DNA of 32,000 bases from Dickeya dadantii NCPPB 898 (GCF_000406145.1 NZ_CM001976.1:4763677-4795676); one strand, 5' to 3'. Counted from the first letter of the stretch, positions 1 through 9,198 are shown. Notes: a model not told the origin generated them from the letters alone. Program-made: numbers and translations.

Positions 1-1358
1 CCAGCCAGCCGTTCAAACTGCTGGAAACCACCCCGGCCTTTACTTATCAGGCACAAAGCGGCCTGACCGGCAAAAACGGCCCGGACAACCCAGCCAATGG
101 CTCACGCCCGCTGTACACCGCGCCGGCGGATCGCTTTGAACTGGCTGCGGGCCAGAATGAACTGCGGATTCCGTTGACCTACACCGACGCCAACGGCGTT
201 AGCTTCACCAAAACCTTCGTGCTGAAACGCGGCGAATACGCGCTGAATGTGGAATACGGCGTCAATAACGCCAGCGCCCAGCCGCTGGAGCTGACCCTGT
301 TCGGCCAGTTGAAGCAGTCCATTGATTTGCCGTCGCACCGCGACACCGGCAGCAACAACTTCGCCTTGCACACCTACCGTGGCGCGGCGTTCTCTTCCAG
401 CGACGACAAATATCGCAAATACAGCTTCAGCGATATGAAAGAGAACCTGAACATCACCACGCAGGGCGGCTGGGTTGCCATGCTGCAGCAGTATTTCGCC
501 ACCGCCTGGGTACCGGCGGCCACGGGTAACAACACGTTCTACAGCGCCAATCTGGGTAATGGCTTAGCCGCCATCGGCTTTAAGGCCCCGCCGGTTATCA
601 TACAGCCGGGCAGCCAGCAGAACCTGAACGCCACCCTGTGGGTCGGCCCGGAAATTCAGGATAAGATGGCGACGGTCGCGCCGCATCTGGACCTGACCGT
701 GGATTACGGCTGGCTGTGGTTCATCTCCCAGCCACTGTTCAAACTGCTGAAATTCCTGCACGGCTTTATCGGCAACTGGGGCTTCTCGATCATCGCCATC
801 ACCTTTATCGTGCGCGGCATCATGTACCCGCTGACCAAAGCGCAGTACACCTCGATGGCGAAAATGCGCATGCTGCAGCCGAAACTGCAGGCAATGCGCG
901 AGCGCATCGGCGACGATAAACAGCGCATGAGTCAGGAAATGATGGCGTTGTACAAGGCTGAGAAAGTGAATCCGCTGGGCGGCTGCTTCCCGCTGCTGAT
1001 CCAGATGCCGATCTTCCTGGCGTTGTACTACATGCTGATGGGTTCGGTAGAGCTGCGCCACGCGCCGTTCGCACTGTGGATTCATGACCTGTCGGCGCAG
1101 GACCCGTACTACGTGCTGCCGATCCTGATGGGTCTGACCATGTTCTTCATTCAGAAGATGTCGCCGACTACCGTCACCGACCCGATGCAGCAGAAGATCA
1201 TGACCTACATGCCGGTGATCTTCACCGTGTTCTTCCTGTGGTTCCCGTCGGGCCTGGTGCTGTACTATATCGTCAGCAACCTGGTGACCATCGCCCAGCA
1301 GCAGCTGATTTATCGCGGGCTGGAAAAACGCGGCCTGCATAGCCGCGAGAAGAAATAA
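1..1358 (+). CDS. yidC: Membrane protein insertase YidC, C-terminal ~451 codons (5' end lies upstream of the window; reading frame 3)
   Basis: Frame 3 is open from the window edge to TAA at 1356-1358. The translation carries the conserved YidC/Oxa1 core ([56 protein letters not shown]...[20 protein letters not shown]). It is followed by mnmE, as in other enterobacteria. Confidence 0.97.
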   Translation, partial: SQPFKLLETTPAFTYQAQSGLTGKNGPDNPANGSRPLYTAPADRFELAAGQNELRIPLTYTDANGVSFTKTFVLKRGEYALNVEYGVNNASAQPLELTLFGQLKQSIDLPSHRDTGSNNFALHTYRGAAFSSSDDKYRKYSFSDMKENLNITTQGGWVAMLQQYFATAWVPAATGNNTFYSANLGNGLAAIGFKAPPVIIQPGSQQNLNATLWVGPEIQDKMATVAPHLDLTVDYGWLWFISQPLFKLLKFLHGFIGNWGFSIIAITFIVRGIMYPLTKAQYTSMAKMRMLQPKLQAMRERIGDDKQRMSQEMMALYKAEKVNPLGGCFPLLIQMPIFLALYYMLMGSVELRHAPFALWIHDLSAQDPYYVLPILMGLTMFFIQKMSPTTVTDPMQQKIMTYMPVIFTVFFLWFPSGLVLYYIVSNLVTIAQQQLIYRGLEKRGLHSREKK

Positions 1359-1387
1359 CCGGTTGATTGCCCAATCAATCTCAATGT

Positions 1388-1415
1388 AAGGCGGTCACTG
1401 ACCGCCTTATTTTTT
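1388..1415 (+). terminator. Rho-independent terminator after yidC
   Basis: Stem aaggcggtc (1388-1396) pairs with gaccgcctt (1400-1408) around a 3-nt loop, followed by a T6 run at 1410-1415. Confidence 0.75.
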
Positions 1416-1473
1416 ACGTTAAGACAATCCCATAACAGCGTCTGAAAACAGGCGCGAGCGCAGAGAGAACACC

Positions 1474-2838
1474 ATGAGCCATACCGACACCATCGTTGCC
1501 CAAGCCACCCCGCCGGGACGCGGCGGCGTAGGTATTCTGCGTATCTCCGGCCGCACCGCCGCCGCCGTGGCGCAGGCGGTGCTGGGCAAGCTGCCCAAAC
1601 CGCGTTACGCCGATTATCTGCCTTTCCATGACGCCGACGGCAGCGTGCTCGATCAAGGCATTGCCCTGTGGTTCCCCGGCCCGAACTCCTTTACCGGCGA
1701 AGACGTGCTGGAGCTACAGGGGCACGGCGGCCCGGTGATTCTCGACCTGCTGCTCAAACGGATAGTGGCGCTGCCAGACGTGCGCATCGCCCACCCCGGC
1801 GAGTTCTCCGAACGGGCGTTTCTGAACGACAAGCTGGATCTGGCGCAGGCCGAAGCCATCGCCGATCTGATCGACGCCAGTTCCGAGCAGGCGGCTCGTT
1901 CCGCCGTCAACTCGTTGCAGGGCGTGTTTTCTACCCGTATCCATCAACTGGTGGAAGCACTCACTCACCTGCGAATCTATGTGGAGGCCGCGATTGATTT
2001 TCCCGATGAAGAAATCGACTTCCTCTCCGACGGCAAAATCGAAGCCATGCTCAACGACGTTATCGGCGATCTGGGTGCGGTACGCGCTGAAGCGCGCCAG
2101 GGCAGCCTGCTGCGCGAAGGCATGAAAGTGGTGATAGCCGGGCGGCCGAATGCCGGCAAATCCAGCCTGCTGAATGCGCTGGCCGGGCGCGACGCCGCCA
2201 TCGTTACCGACATCGCCGGCACCACCCGCGACGTGCTACGCGAGCATATTCATATCGACGGCATGCCGCTGCACATCATCGACACCGCCGGGCTGCGCGA
2301 CGCCAGCGACGAGGTGGAACGTATCGGCATCGAGCGCGCCTGGCAGGAAATCGAGCAGGCGGACCGGGTGCTGTTTATGGTGGACGGTACCACCACCGAT
2401 GCGATGGAACCGGCAGCTATCTGGCCGGAGTTCATGGCGAGATTACCGAAAACGCTACCGATCACCGTGGTGCGTAACAAGGCAGACGTCACCGGCGAAC
2501 CGCTTGGCATTGAAGATGTGAACACTTACTCACTTATCCGCCTTTCCGCCCGGACGGGTGACGGTGTAGACCTGCTGCGTGACCACCTCAAACAAAGCAT
2601 GGGATTTACCAGCAACACCGAAGGGGGATTCCTGGCCCGCCGCCGCCATTTGCAGGCACTGGAGCAGGCAGCACAGCATCTGCAACAAGGTCATGAACAA
2701 TTGGTCGGCGCCTACGCCGGCGAGCTACTGGCCGAAGAACTGCGGCTGGCACAGCAATCATTAAGTGAAATCACCGGCGAATTCACCTCCGATGATTTGC
2801 TGGGACGAATTTTTTCCAGTTTTTGTATTGGGAAGTGA
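1474..2838 (+). CDS. mnmE: tRNA modification GTPase MnmE (TrmE)
   Basis: 454 aa. The N-terminus [26 protein letters not shown], the G1 motif [18 protein letters not shown] and the C-terminal CIGK tetrapeptide are all typical of MnmE. AGAGAG lies upstream of the ATG at 1474. Confidence 0.97.
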   Translation: MSHTDTIVAQATPPGRGGVGILRISGRTAAAVAQAVLGKLPKPRYADYLPFHDADGSVLDQGIALWFPGPNSFTGEDVLELQGHGGPVILDLLLKRIVALPDVRIAHPGEFSERAFLNDKLDLAQAEAIADLIDASSEQAARSAVNSLQGVFSTRIHQLVEALTHLRIYVEAAIDFPDEEIDFLSDGKIEAMLNDVIGDLGAVRAEARQGSLLREGMKVVIAGRPNAGKSSLLNALAGRDAAIVTDIAGTTRDVLREHIHIDGMPLHIIDTAGLRDASDEVERIGIERAWQEIEQADRVLFMVDGTTTDAMEPAAIWPEFMARLPKTLPITVVRNKADVTGEPLGIEDVNTYSLIRLSARTGDGVDLLRDHLKQSMGFTSNTEGGFLARRRHLQALEQAAQHLQQGHEQLVGAYAGELLAEELRLAQQSLSEITGEFTSDDLLGRIFSSFCIGK

Positions 2839-2909
2839 CATTGAGAAATCTGGCAGAGATTACGCAAACAGACGCGAAAAGATAAAAACGTTGTCCAACT
2901 CTCGGGAAA

Positions 2910-4229
2910 TTATTCCCAACCCGTCGTCAATCGCCTCGATCTAGTCTGTAACCCTCCCAAGATCGCATCGCGAATAGGAGTGGGAAAATCCGCAGGCAGT
3001 TGGTTTCTGACACTCACGATGACAGAATCAACCGTCTGTGAAAATTCAGTCAGAATGCGTTCCATTGATTCTCTGGCAAAGCCAACCGCCTTTGCCGTTT
3101 GGAAAAAATGCCGAGGGAATATCTGCTCGATATGGTATTTCTTACCTCTGGTGCCAGCCAGCCCCATCGCTAGCTTCGCATCTCTACGGTCAATTCCCCG
3201 CCCCCCCATCGCCGGGTACATAGAGAGAATGTCATAGAAAGGCGTGAGGCGATATCTTCCCTCAGACTCAATAAACAAGGAAAAGTTTTTCGCATGACCA
3301 TCCGTTGCAGCCAATAGCCAAAACAGCACCTGCGCCTTCATAAAACTATAACGATCCCTTTGTGGATCAACCGCGCCTAATAGATACGACATAATGGCGG
3401 AAATACCTGGTCCACCATGATTTTCATATTTTAGTGCGGAAGGCACGTTTAATACCTGACAAAAATCCTCCTGCGGCAGCCGCATAATCCAACTGCCATC
3501 CGAAGCATATTTGCGATCAAAACGCTCCACGGCCAGAGCTTTTATCTTGCCAGCTTTGATCATAAAACAGTGCGGCACCGGTAGCCCAAATGCCCTGGCA
3601 ATGAGCAGGCACAGGTACTCATTCTCAACGCTGTCAGACATATCAATTGAGTAAGAATGACTCTCGATTTTACCAATCGGTAGTTTGATGATGTGGGTAG
3701 TTGGTGTGGTATTGAAGGGCAGGCACCAGTGATTATTCAGATAAAGCAGGGCCGTTTTTTCCTGTGCGCCAGCAATAGAGATTCGAAAATCGTCTTCTGT
3801 ATCAATCATCCCCAGAGGGGCATCGGACAGATACCCCGACAGTATGCTTTCAAGCTGTTGCTCGGATAAGGTTTTATATTCAATCTGTTTTATATCGCGA
3901 GCAGGAATACCCTGCGGCACCAATTGCAACGCCCCGACACTGTCTTGCCCCACTTTAGCCAGCAGATCAAACGGCTGGGTGGAATCCGCATGATGCCTGG
4001 CAACAATTCGCCTTCTGATATCCGGGTTATCCGGCAACAAATTGTCGAAGAAATTATAAACTTCATCACCTTGATAGGGCTGATGGCGTAGTGGCATAGA
4101 GAGCGAAATGGGTCGGTTCCCCGGCAACCCGAGCCAGTTCGCATCGTAGGAAAAATGATGTGCGCCACTGCCCGTTTTGGTCAGAATCCCCACCCGGTAG
4201 CCGTTCATGTAAACATCGAGCGCAGCCAT
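2910..4229 (-). CDS. hipA: HipA-family serine/threonine kinase toxin (type II TA)
   Basis: Collinear with E. coli HipA as I recall it: YMNGYRVGILTK, FRISIAGAQEKTAL, HIIKLPIG, ALAVERFDR, LPQEDFCQ, ATDGHAKNFS, LTPFYDI. I prefer the start at ATG 4229, which matches the E. coli N-terminal length and gives a TAATG 1-nt overlap with hipB. An alternative ATG lies at 4235. Confidence 0.92.
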   Translation of the reverse strand: MAALDVYMNGYRVGILTKTGSGAHHFSYDANWLGLPGNRPISLSMPLRHQPYQGDEVYNFFDNLLPDNPDIRRRIVARHHADSTQPFDLLAKVGQDSVGALQLVPQGIPARDIKQIEYKTLSEQQLESILSGYLSDAPLGMIDTEDDFRISIAGAQEKTALLYLNNHWCLPFNTTPTTHIIKLPIGKIESHSYSIDMSDSVENEYLCLLIARAFGLPVPHCFMIKAGKIKALAVERFDRKYASDGSWIMRLPQEDFCQVLNVPSALKYENHGGPGISAIMSYLLGAVDPQRDRYSFMKAQVLFWLLAATDGHAKNFSLFIESEGRYRLTPFYDILSMYPAMGGRGIDRRDAKLAMGLAGTRGKKYHIEQIFPRHFFQTAKAVGFARESMERILTEFSQTVDSVIVSVRNQLPADFPTPIRDAILGGLQTRSRRLTTGWE

Positions 4230-4498
4230 TACCATTCTTCCTTCCAGGATGGTGCGACAGAGGCCTCGTTATTGGCGGCATCCATATTCCTGGGAGTAAC
4301 CGTAAGTTCTAAATTCAATGCCGACAGGATTTTAAAGAATGTTTCCAGCTTGGTGGAATCAGGATGTTGTTCGAAGCTGGATACCGTGTCCTGGCGAATA
4401 CCCACTTTACTGGCCACTTTCCCTTGTGAAAGCTTCTGCGTGATACGAACATCTTTCAGATAGCTGCTAAGCTGTTTGGCGTTGGTGACTTTCATCAT
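4229..4498 (-). CDS. hipB: HipB antitoxin, XRE-type HTH repressor
   Basis: 89 aa. It starts with MM and ends in Trp like E. coli HipB. HTH segment: QKLSQGKVASKVGIRQDTVSSFE. The SD AGGA lies in ggtaggataaaATGATG. It sits directly upstream of hipA and overlaps it. Confidence 0.9.
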   Translation of the reverse strand: MMKVTNAKQLSSYLKDVRITQKLSQGKVASKVGIRQDTVSSFEQHPDSTKLETFFKILSALNLELTVTPRNMDAANNEASVAPSWKEEW

Positions 4499-4504
4499 TT
4501 TATC

Positions 4505-4608
4505 CTACCGGTTACAGGCGGTAAGATAAATATTACACGCCTCAGCAGGTAAAACAAGAATTACACGCCATAGGCGTTAACTACATAATTACCTGTTATA
4601 GCGTGTGA
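4505..4608 (-). promoter_or_regulatory. Candidate hipBA promoter with four phased inverted-repeat operators
   Basis: Four 20-bp sites of the TTAC-N12-GTAA type start at 4505, 4533, 4561 and 4589, exactly 28 bp apart. A candidate minus-strand sigma70 promoter has -35 TTGTTT (4557..4552), a 16-nt spacer and -10 TAATAT (4535..4530). Confidence 0.55.
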
Positions 4609-4766
4609 TAATAGTATGGGTAATATGAGGAAACGTCATAATGAATACTTTCCCCACACTCGCCTTAAAGAGCAACAAATTCATTGTTTTATAAATAAAT
4701 TTCACTTTCTGTATTGGCAAGCAATCCCCACCGCCAATCGAAGGCTACCGAAAGCCTGACGGCGTA

Positions 4767-5723
4767 TTAGCTTTCCCGAAACGTCCGGCGCCACTCGCCG
4801 GGCGTGACGTTAAACTGGCGGCGGAAGTGCTGGCGCAATGATGTGGCGGTACTGAAGCCGACCTGTTCCGCAATGGCGTCGATCGACAGCGTGGTGGACT
4901 CCAGCAGCGTCTGGCTTTGTTGCAGGCGCTCCGCCATCAGCCATTCGCCGACTGACATGCCGGTGGCTTTGTGAAACTGCCGGGTAAAAGTACGACGGCT
5001 CATTAACGTCCGGCGCGCCAGTTCATCAAGATGATGGGACTGGTCGAGACGGCTTCTCAGGTAGTCCAGCAGTGCGTTGATTCTGGCGTCCTGCGTGGAT
5101 GCCGGCACCGGTCGCTCGATGAACTGTGCCTGGCCGCCTTCCCGATGCGGGGGAATCACTATTCTTCTGGCGACGTTGTTGGCAATCGCGCTGCCGTGGT
5201 ACTTCCGGACCAGATGCAGGCAACAATCCAGCCCGGCGGCCGTGCCCGCCGAGGTAATCAGCCGCTCGTCCTCCACGTACAACGCATGAGTATCCAGATG
5301 AATATCGGGAAAACGCTGCTGAAAATCCTGCGCGAATTCCCAGTGCGTCGCCGCCTTGCGCTGCGTAAGCAACCCGGCCCACGCCAGCACATAAGTGCCC
5401 AGACACAAACCAACCAGCAGGCTGCCGTGCGCATAGGCCGCCGCCAACGCGGCCAGCAGCGCCGGGTTCGGCGTCTCCTGCGGATTACGCCAGTAGGGCA
5501 CCACGACGATATCGGCCTCCGCCAGCGCGTCCAGCCCGAACGGGGTATCAACCAGCAGCCCCTGTGCGGAACGCAGCACGCCCTCTTCGCCGGCGCAAAT
5601 TCGCAGCCTGAACAGCGGCTGCCCCGGCAGCACATCGCCGAAAATCATGCAGGGCACCGATAAATGAAACGGGCTGAACTGATTGCAGGCCACCACCGCG
5701 ACCGACGGAATATGTATGCTCAC
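4767..5723 (-). CDS. GlxA-family transcriptional regulator (DJ-1/PfpI-like N-domain plus AraC-type HTH)
   Basis: 318 aa. N-terminal half: VAVVACNQFSPFHLSVP...LVGLCLGTYVLAWAGLL...TSAGTAAGLDCCLHLV. C-terminal half is an AraC HTH: MSRRTFTRQFHKATGMSVGEWL...IAEQVGFSTATSLRQHFRRQF. GTG start, with a strong AGGAGG 8 nt upstream. Confidence 0.9.
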   Translation of the reverse strand: MSIHIPSVAVVACNQFSPFHLSVPCMIFGDVLPGQPLFRLRICAGEEGVLRSAQGLLVDTPFGLDALAEADIVVVPYWRNPQETPNPALLAALAAAYAHGSLLVGLCLGTYVLAWAGLLTQRKAATHWEFAQDFQQRFPDIHLDTHALYVEDERLITSAGTAAGLDCCLHLVRKYHGSAIANNVARRIVIPPHREGGQAQFIERPVPASTQDARINALLDYLRSRLDQSHHLDELARRTLMSRRTFTRQFHKATGMSVGEWLMAERLQQSQTLLESTTLSIDAIAEQVGFSTATSLRQHFRRQFNVTPGEWRRTFRES

Positions 5724-5765
5724 GTCTCATTCCTCCTGCTTCGTCACACCCGCTCCGGATACCCG

Positions 5766-6539
5766 TTACAGCATACAAGACTCGCCATCCGCCGGGATCC
5801 GCACCTGATGCGCCACGCCGTTTTGCTGCAGAAAATCACGCAGGGCCGTACGACTCAGTGCCGAATGATTGACCGCTTCCATGTGGCTGGCGATTAGCGT
5901 TGCATTAAGCGCATGTTGCGCCACCGCCAGCACATCCTGCTGATTCATGATAATCGACCCCAAGCCGACGACTTGCGCATCGCCGCAATTGAGAATAATG
6001 ACCTCCGGCGTATAACGACGCAGGTTGTCGGCCACATCCGCATTCCAGACCGTATCGCCTGCCAGATACAGCGTTTTTTCCTGCGGGTGACGAAACACCA
6101 CGCCGCACACCTCGCCCAGCCTGTCGCGTAACTTTTCCATAATCGCGTCGCTGCCGTGCTGACCCGGTGTTTTGATCAGCGTGATATCGCCAAACACGCT
6201 CTGTTCGGTCAACAGGCGAACATCGCTGAACCCGGCGGCCCGAATCGTTTCCCGGTCTTGTTCGTGCTGGGCAAATATCGGTAATGATTTAGGCAGATGG
6301 ATTTCAGCCGCCTCATCCCAGTGATCGAGATGGGGGTGGGTAACAATCACCGCATCCACACCGGCAAACAGGCTCTCCAGCGTGACCGGCAGGTCCACCA
6401 ACGGATTACGCAAGTGGCTGTTCAGCGTGCCGTCGAAACCGGGGTAAGCGCCTTTTTCGGCCAGCATCGGGTCGATGAGAAACGTTTTACCGGCAAAGTT
6501 GATTTTCAACGTGGCGTTTCTGATCTGGGTAATATTCAT
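5766..6539 (-). CDS. MBL-fold metallo-hydrolase
   Basis: Metal motif VIVTHPHLDHWD (HxHxDH). I prefer the ATG at 6539 (MNITQIRNATLKI..., AAGG 9 nt upstream). The ORF track extends to 6566. The stop lies 42 nt upstream of the GlxA-type regulator gene on the same strand. Confidence 0.85.
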   Translation of the reverse strand: MNITQIRNATLKINFAGKTFLIDPMLAEKGAYPGFDGTLNSHLRNPLVDLPVTLESLFAGVDAVIVTHPHLDHWDEAAEIHLPKSLPIFAQHEQDRETIRAAGFSDVRLLTEQSVFGDITLIKTPGQHGSDAIMEKLRDRLGEVCGVVFRHPQEKTLYLAGDTVWNADVADNLRRYTPEVIILNCGDAQVVGLGSIIMNQQDVLAVAQHALNATLIASHMEAVNHSALSRTALRDFLQQNGVAHQVRIPADGESCML

Positions 6540-6583
6540 GACGGTATGCCTTAGTGTTAAGACCATTGCAGATAGCCGTCATT

Positions 6584-6644
6584 CTGCTCGGAAAACCGAG
6601 CAGCCGGCAGTGGCCCGAAGGTCATTTATCGATATATTCGGGCC
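6584..6644. other. Two perfect 8-bp-stem hairpins/palindromes in the MBL/HPPD divergent region
   Basis: ctgctcgg-aaaa-ccgagcag (6584-6603). ggcccgaa-N17-ttcgggcc (6612-6644), which encloses the palindrome tatcgata (6627-6634). Confidence 0.5.
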
Positions 6645-6853
6645 AAACCGCCTCCTCAACAAACCGTGGTTCGCCGGTTATCTACCGATGTAATAAACCA
6701 TGAATATTAATAAACGTAATTACTTTAGATTTATCTATTAAATTTATAATAAGAAAAACTTGTTATCATAAAATGGTCTCTCACGCTATATTCATTATTA
6801 CAATTCCGTCATCGATTTATTTATCAATCTCCTTTAAGGACAAAGGAAATAAT

Positions 6854-7939
6854 ATGGACGAATTATTAATCAATCCGCTCGAACTGAATGGATTCGCTTT
6901 CATCGAGTTTGTCACCGACGCTCCGGAAACGCTCTCATCGTTATTTTTTTCTTTGGGATTTACACGAGTGGCGCACCATCGCCACCGCGATATCTCACTC
7001 TTCCGACAGAACGACATCAATTTTCTTGTTAACAATACCGCCGCCGGTTTTCCGCAAACGTTCCTGCAGGAACACGGCGCTGGCGCCTGTGGCATCGGGT
7101 TTTACGTCAGAGATGCGACTCAGGCTTATGAACAGGCACTCCTGTCAGGCGCCAGGCCGGCAAGCCAAACCGCCAGTCCGGGGGAAGTCCTGATACCGGC
7201 TATCGAAGGCATTGGCGGTTCGAGAATCTATTTCATCGAGAAATATCACACAGACATAGATATTTTCGATATCGACTTTACCTTTATTCCCGACGTGGAA
7301 AGAAAACCGAAAGGATTCGGGCTGCATACCCTTGATCACCTGACCAATAATGTCTATCAGGGGAGAATGAATTACTGGTCTGAATTCTATAGCCGAATAT
7401 TTAATTTTCAGCAGATTCGCTATTTTGATATTGCGGGTGAATATACCGGATTACATTCTAAAGCCATGGTGGCGCCGGACGGTAAAATCCGTATTCCATT
7501 AAACGAAGAGGCGGAAGGCAGCAACGGACAGATTCAGGAATTCCTGCGCCGTTTTAATGGCGAAGGGATCCAACATATCGCGATGCAAACCGACGATATT
7601 CTGACTACTCTCGATCGGCTGCGTCAGGCGGGGTTACCACTGATGACCGCGCCATCCGATACCTACTACCAGATGGTGGAGGAACGCTTGCCCGGCCACG
7701 GCCGCGATATCGCCGCCCTGCAGACGCGCGGCATTCTGATTGACGGCAATACCCGCAACGGGCAGAAAAAACTGCTGCTGCAAATTTTCTCGGAAACCCT
7801 GATCGGCCCGCTGTTTTTTGAATTCATCGAACGGGACGGCGACGACGGTTTTGGTGAAGGCAACTTCAAGGCGCTGTTTGAATCCATGGAGCGCGACCAG
7901 CTGGCGCGTGGTGAAATCAAAGCCACCGGAGCCGCATAG
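6854..7939 (+). CDS. hppD: 4-hydroxyphenylpyruvate dioxygenase
   Basis: 361 aa from ATG 6854 (AAGGAAA SD just upstream). Hallmark motifs: LDHLTNNV, GEGIQHIAMQTDDI, LLLQIFSETLIGPLFFEFIERDGDDGFGEGNFKALFESMERDQLARG (Fe ligands His/His/Glu). The ORF-track start at 6773 adds an implausible AT-rich extension. Confidence 0.9.
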   Translation: MDELLINPLELNGFAFIEFVTDAPETLSSLFFSLGFTRVAHHRHRDISLFRQNDINFLVNNTAAGFPQTFLQEHGAGACGIGFYVRDATQAYEQALLSGARPASQTASPGEVLIPAIEGIGGSRIYFIEKYHTDIDIFDIDFTFIPDVERKPKGFGLHTLDHLTNNVYQGRMNYWSEFYSRIFNFQQIRYFDIAGEYTGLHSKAMVAPDGKIRIPLNEEAEGSNGQIQEFLRRFNGEGIQHIAMQTDDILTTLDRLRQAGLPLMTAPSDTYYQMVEERLPGHGRDIAALQTRGILIDGNTRNGQKKLLLQIFSETLIGPLFFEFIERDGDDGFGEGNFKALFESMERDQLARGEIKATGAA

Positions 7940-7972
7940 CACTTATTCGTATTTCATTTATTCGTTCGGGTA

Positions 7973-8002
7973 CGGCCTTGTGGAAATGAACAAGGCCGTT
8001 TC
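7973..8002. terminator. Hairpin between the convergent hppD and HxlR-family genes
   Basis: acggccttgt (7973-7982) pairs with acaaggccgt (7991-8000), a 10-bp perfect stem with an 8-nt loop. Only a short T tract follows, so terminator efficiency is uncertain. Confidence 0.5.
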
Positions 8003-8063
8003 ACCGATTGAATACCGACGACATTATCGAGGCTGGCGCGCAATTAAGTGTTCACCCCAGGTA

Positions 8064-8453
8064 TTACCCATTTTTTTGCTCATAGATTTTGCGCGCTTCG
8101 CAAATGGTACGGTGATGCGCATCCGCCCACTGCACCAACGTCTTCATCGGTTGCAGAAAAGAGCGCCCAAGCTCGGTGAGCTGGTATTCCACCCGTGGCG
8201 GCACCTCGGCATAAAGCGTGCGCCGGACAAATCCATCCTGCTCCAACAGCTTCAATGTCTTGGAGAGCATTTGCTTGGAAATATCGCCAATACGGCGCAT
8301 TAGTTCATTAAACCGCAGCGTGCCATCACTCAGCGTTTCCAGCACCAGCAGGCTCCACTGATCGCCAATGCGATCCAGCACATCGCGTATCGGACAAGCC
8401 TGTTCAAATACAAAAACATCTTTTTCAGCAACGGTTTTCGGCACCACACACAC
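8064..8453 (-). CDS. HxlR-family winged-helix transcriptional regulator
   Basis: CPIRDVLDRIGDQWSLLVLETLSDGTLRFNELMRRIGDISKQMLSKTLKLLEQDGFVRRTLYAEVPPRVEYQLTELG is the HxlR signature. The start is ambiguous: consecutive GTG codons at 8453, 8447 and 8444. Confidence 0.85.
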   Translation of the reverse strand: MCVVPKTVAEKDVFVFEQACPIRDVLDRIGDQWSLLVLETLSDGTLRFNELMRRIGDISKQMLSKTLKLLEQDGFVRRTLYAEVPPRVEYQLTELGRSFLQPMKTLVQWADAHHRTICEARKIYEQKNG

Positions 8454-8586
8454 TCCACATGGTCAGTTGTTGATGACCAGATAACAAATGGGTGACTTCT
8501 TGCGCAGCGATCGGGCTTTGCGCATAATCCTTCCAATGGTCTACATATTAGACCTTTCCCTTAATGAAGACTATAAGGAATGGAAC

Positions 8587-9198
8587 ATGGCTCATATTGC
8601 ACTTATCGGCGCGTCCGGCAACGCGGGTTCACAGATTCTAAAAGAACTGTCTGAACGTGGTCATCAGATAACCGCGATTGCCCGTCACCCGGAAAAAATC
8701 GCCGCGCTGCCCGGCGTCACCGCCAAGCAAGGGGATGTATTTGATGTAGCAGGGCTGACGTCACTGCTGGCAGGTCACGATGCGGTCATCAGCTCCGTTC
8801 ATTTTACCAGCAGCGATCCGCAGATTCTGATCGACGCCGTGCGCGCCGCAGGTGTGAAACGCTATCTGGTGGTCGGCGGAGCGGGCAGCCTGTTAGTGGC
8901 GCCGGGCCAGCGTCTGGTGGATCAACCGGACTTCCCGGAGGCTTACAAGGCGGAAGCCACCAAAGGCGCCGATTTTCTCGGTCTGCTGAAAACCGTCACC
9001 GATCTGGACTGGACGTTCCTGTCGCCGTCCATGATGTTCGTTCCCGGTGAACGTACCGGCACATTCCGCCTCGGTAAGGACGATCTGCTGACCAATGAGC
9101 AAGGCAGCAGCATCTCTTTCGCGGATTACGCCATTGCGTTGGTGGATGAAGTGGAAACACCGCGGCACATCCGCCAGCGCTTCACCGTTGGCTACTGA
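8587..9198 (+). CDS. NAD(P)H-binding oxidoreductase (atypical SDR / NmrA-like)
   Basis: 203 aa from ATG 8587 (AAGGAA 7 nt upstream). Rossmann motif IALIGASGNAGSQILKEL. Divergent from the HxlR regulator, which is a common pairing. Confidence 0.85.
   Translation: MAHIALIGASGNAGSQILKELSERGHQITAIARHPEKIAALPGVTAKQGDVFDVAGLTSLLAGHDAVISSVHFTSSDPQILIDAVRAAGVKRYLVVGGAGSLLVAPGQRLVDQPDFPEAYKAEATKGADFLGLLKTVTDLDWTFLSPSMMFVPGERTGTFRLGKDDLLTNEQGSSISFADYAIALVDEVETPRHIRQRFTVGY

Noticed and set aside
2839-2909. Mobility signatures (integrase, IS ends, tRNA attachment site, direct repeats) at the edges of the hipBA islet and of the lipoprotein operon.
   Set aside because: None could be found by eye on either strand, so the islets are described only as compositionally atypical.
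4625-4759. A 44-codon plus-strand ORF between hipB and the GlxA-type regulator gene.
   Set aside because: It has no convincing SD or motif, lies in an AT-rich intergenic region and is too short to support from sequence alone.
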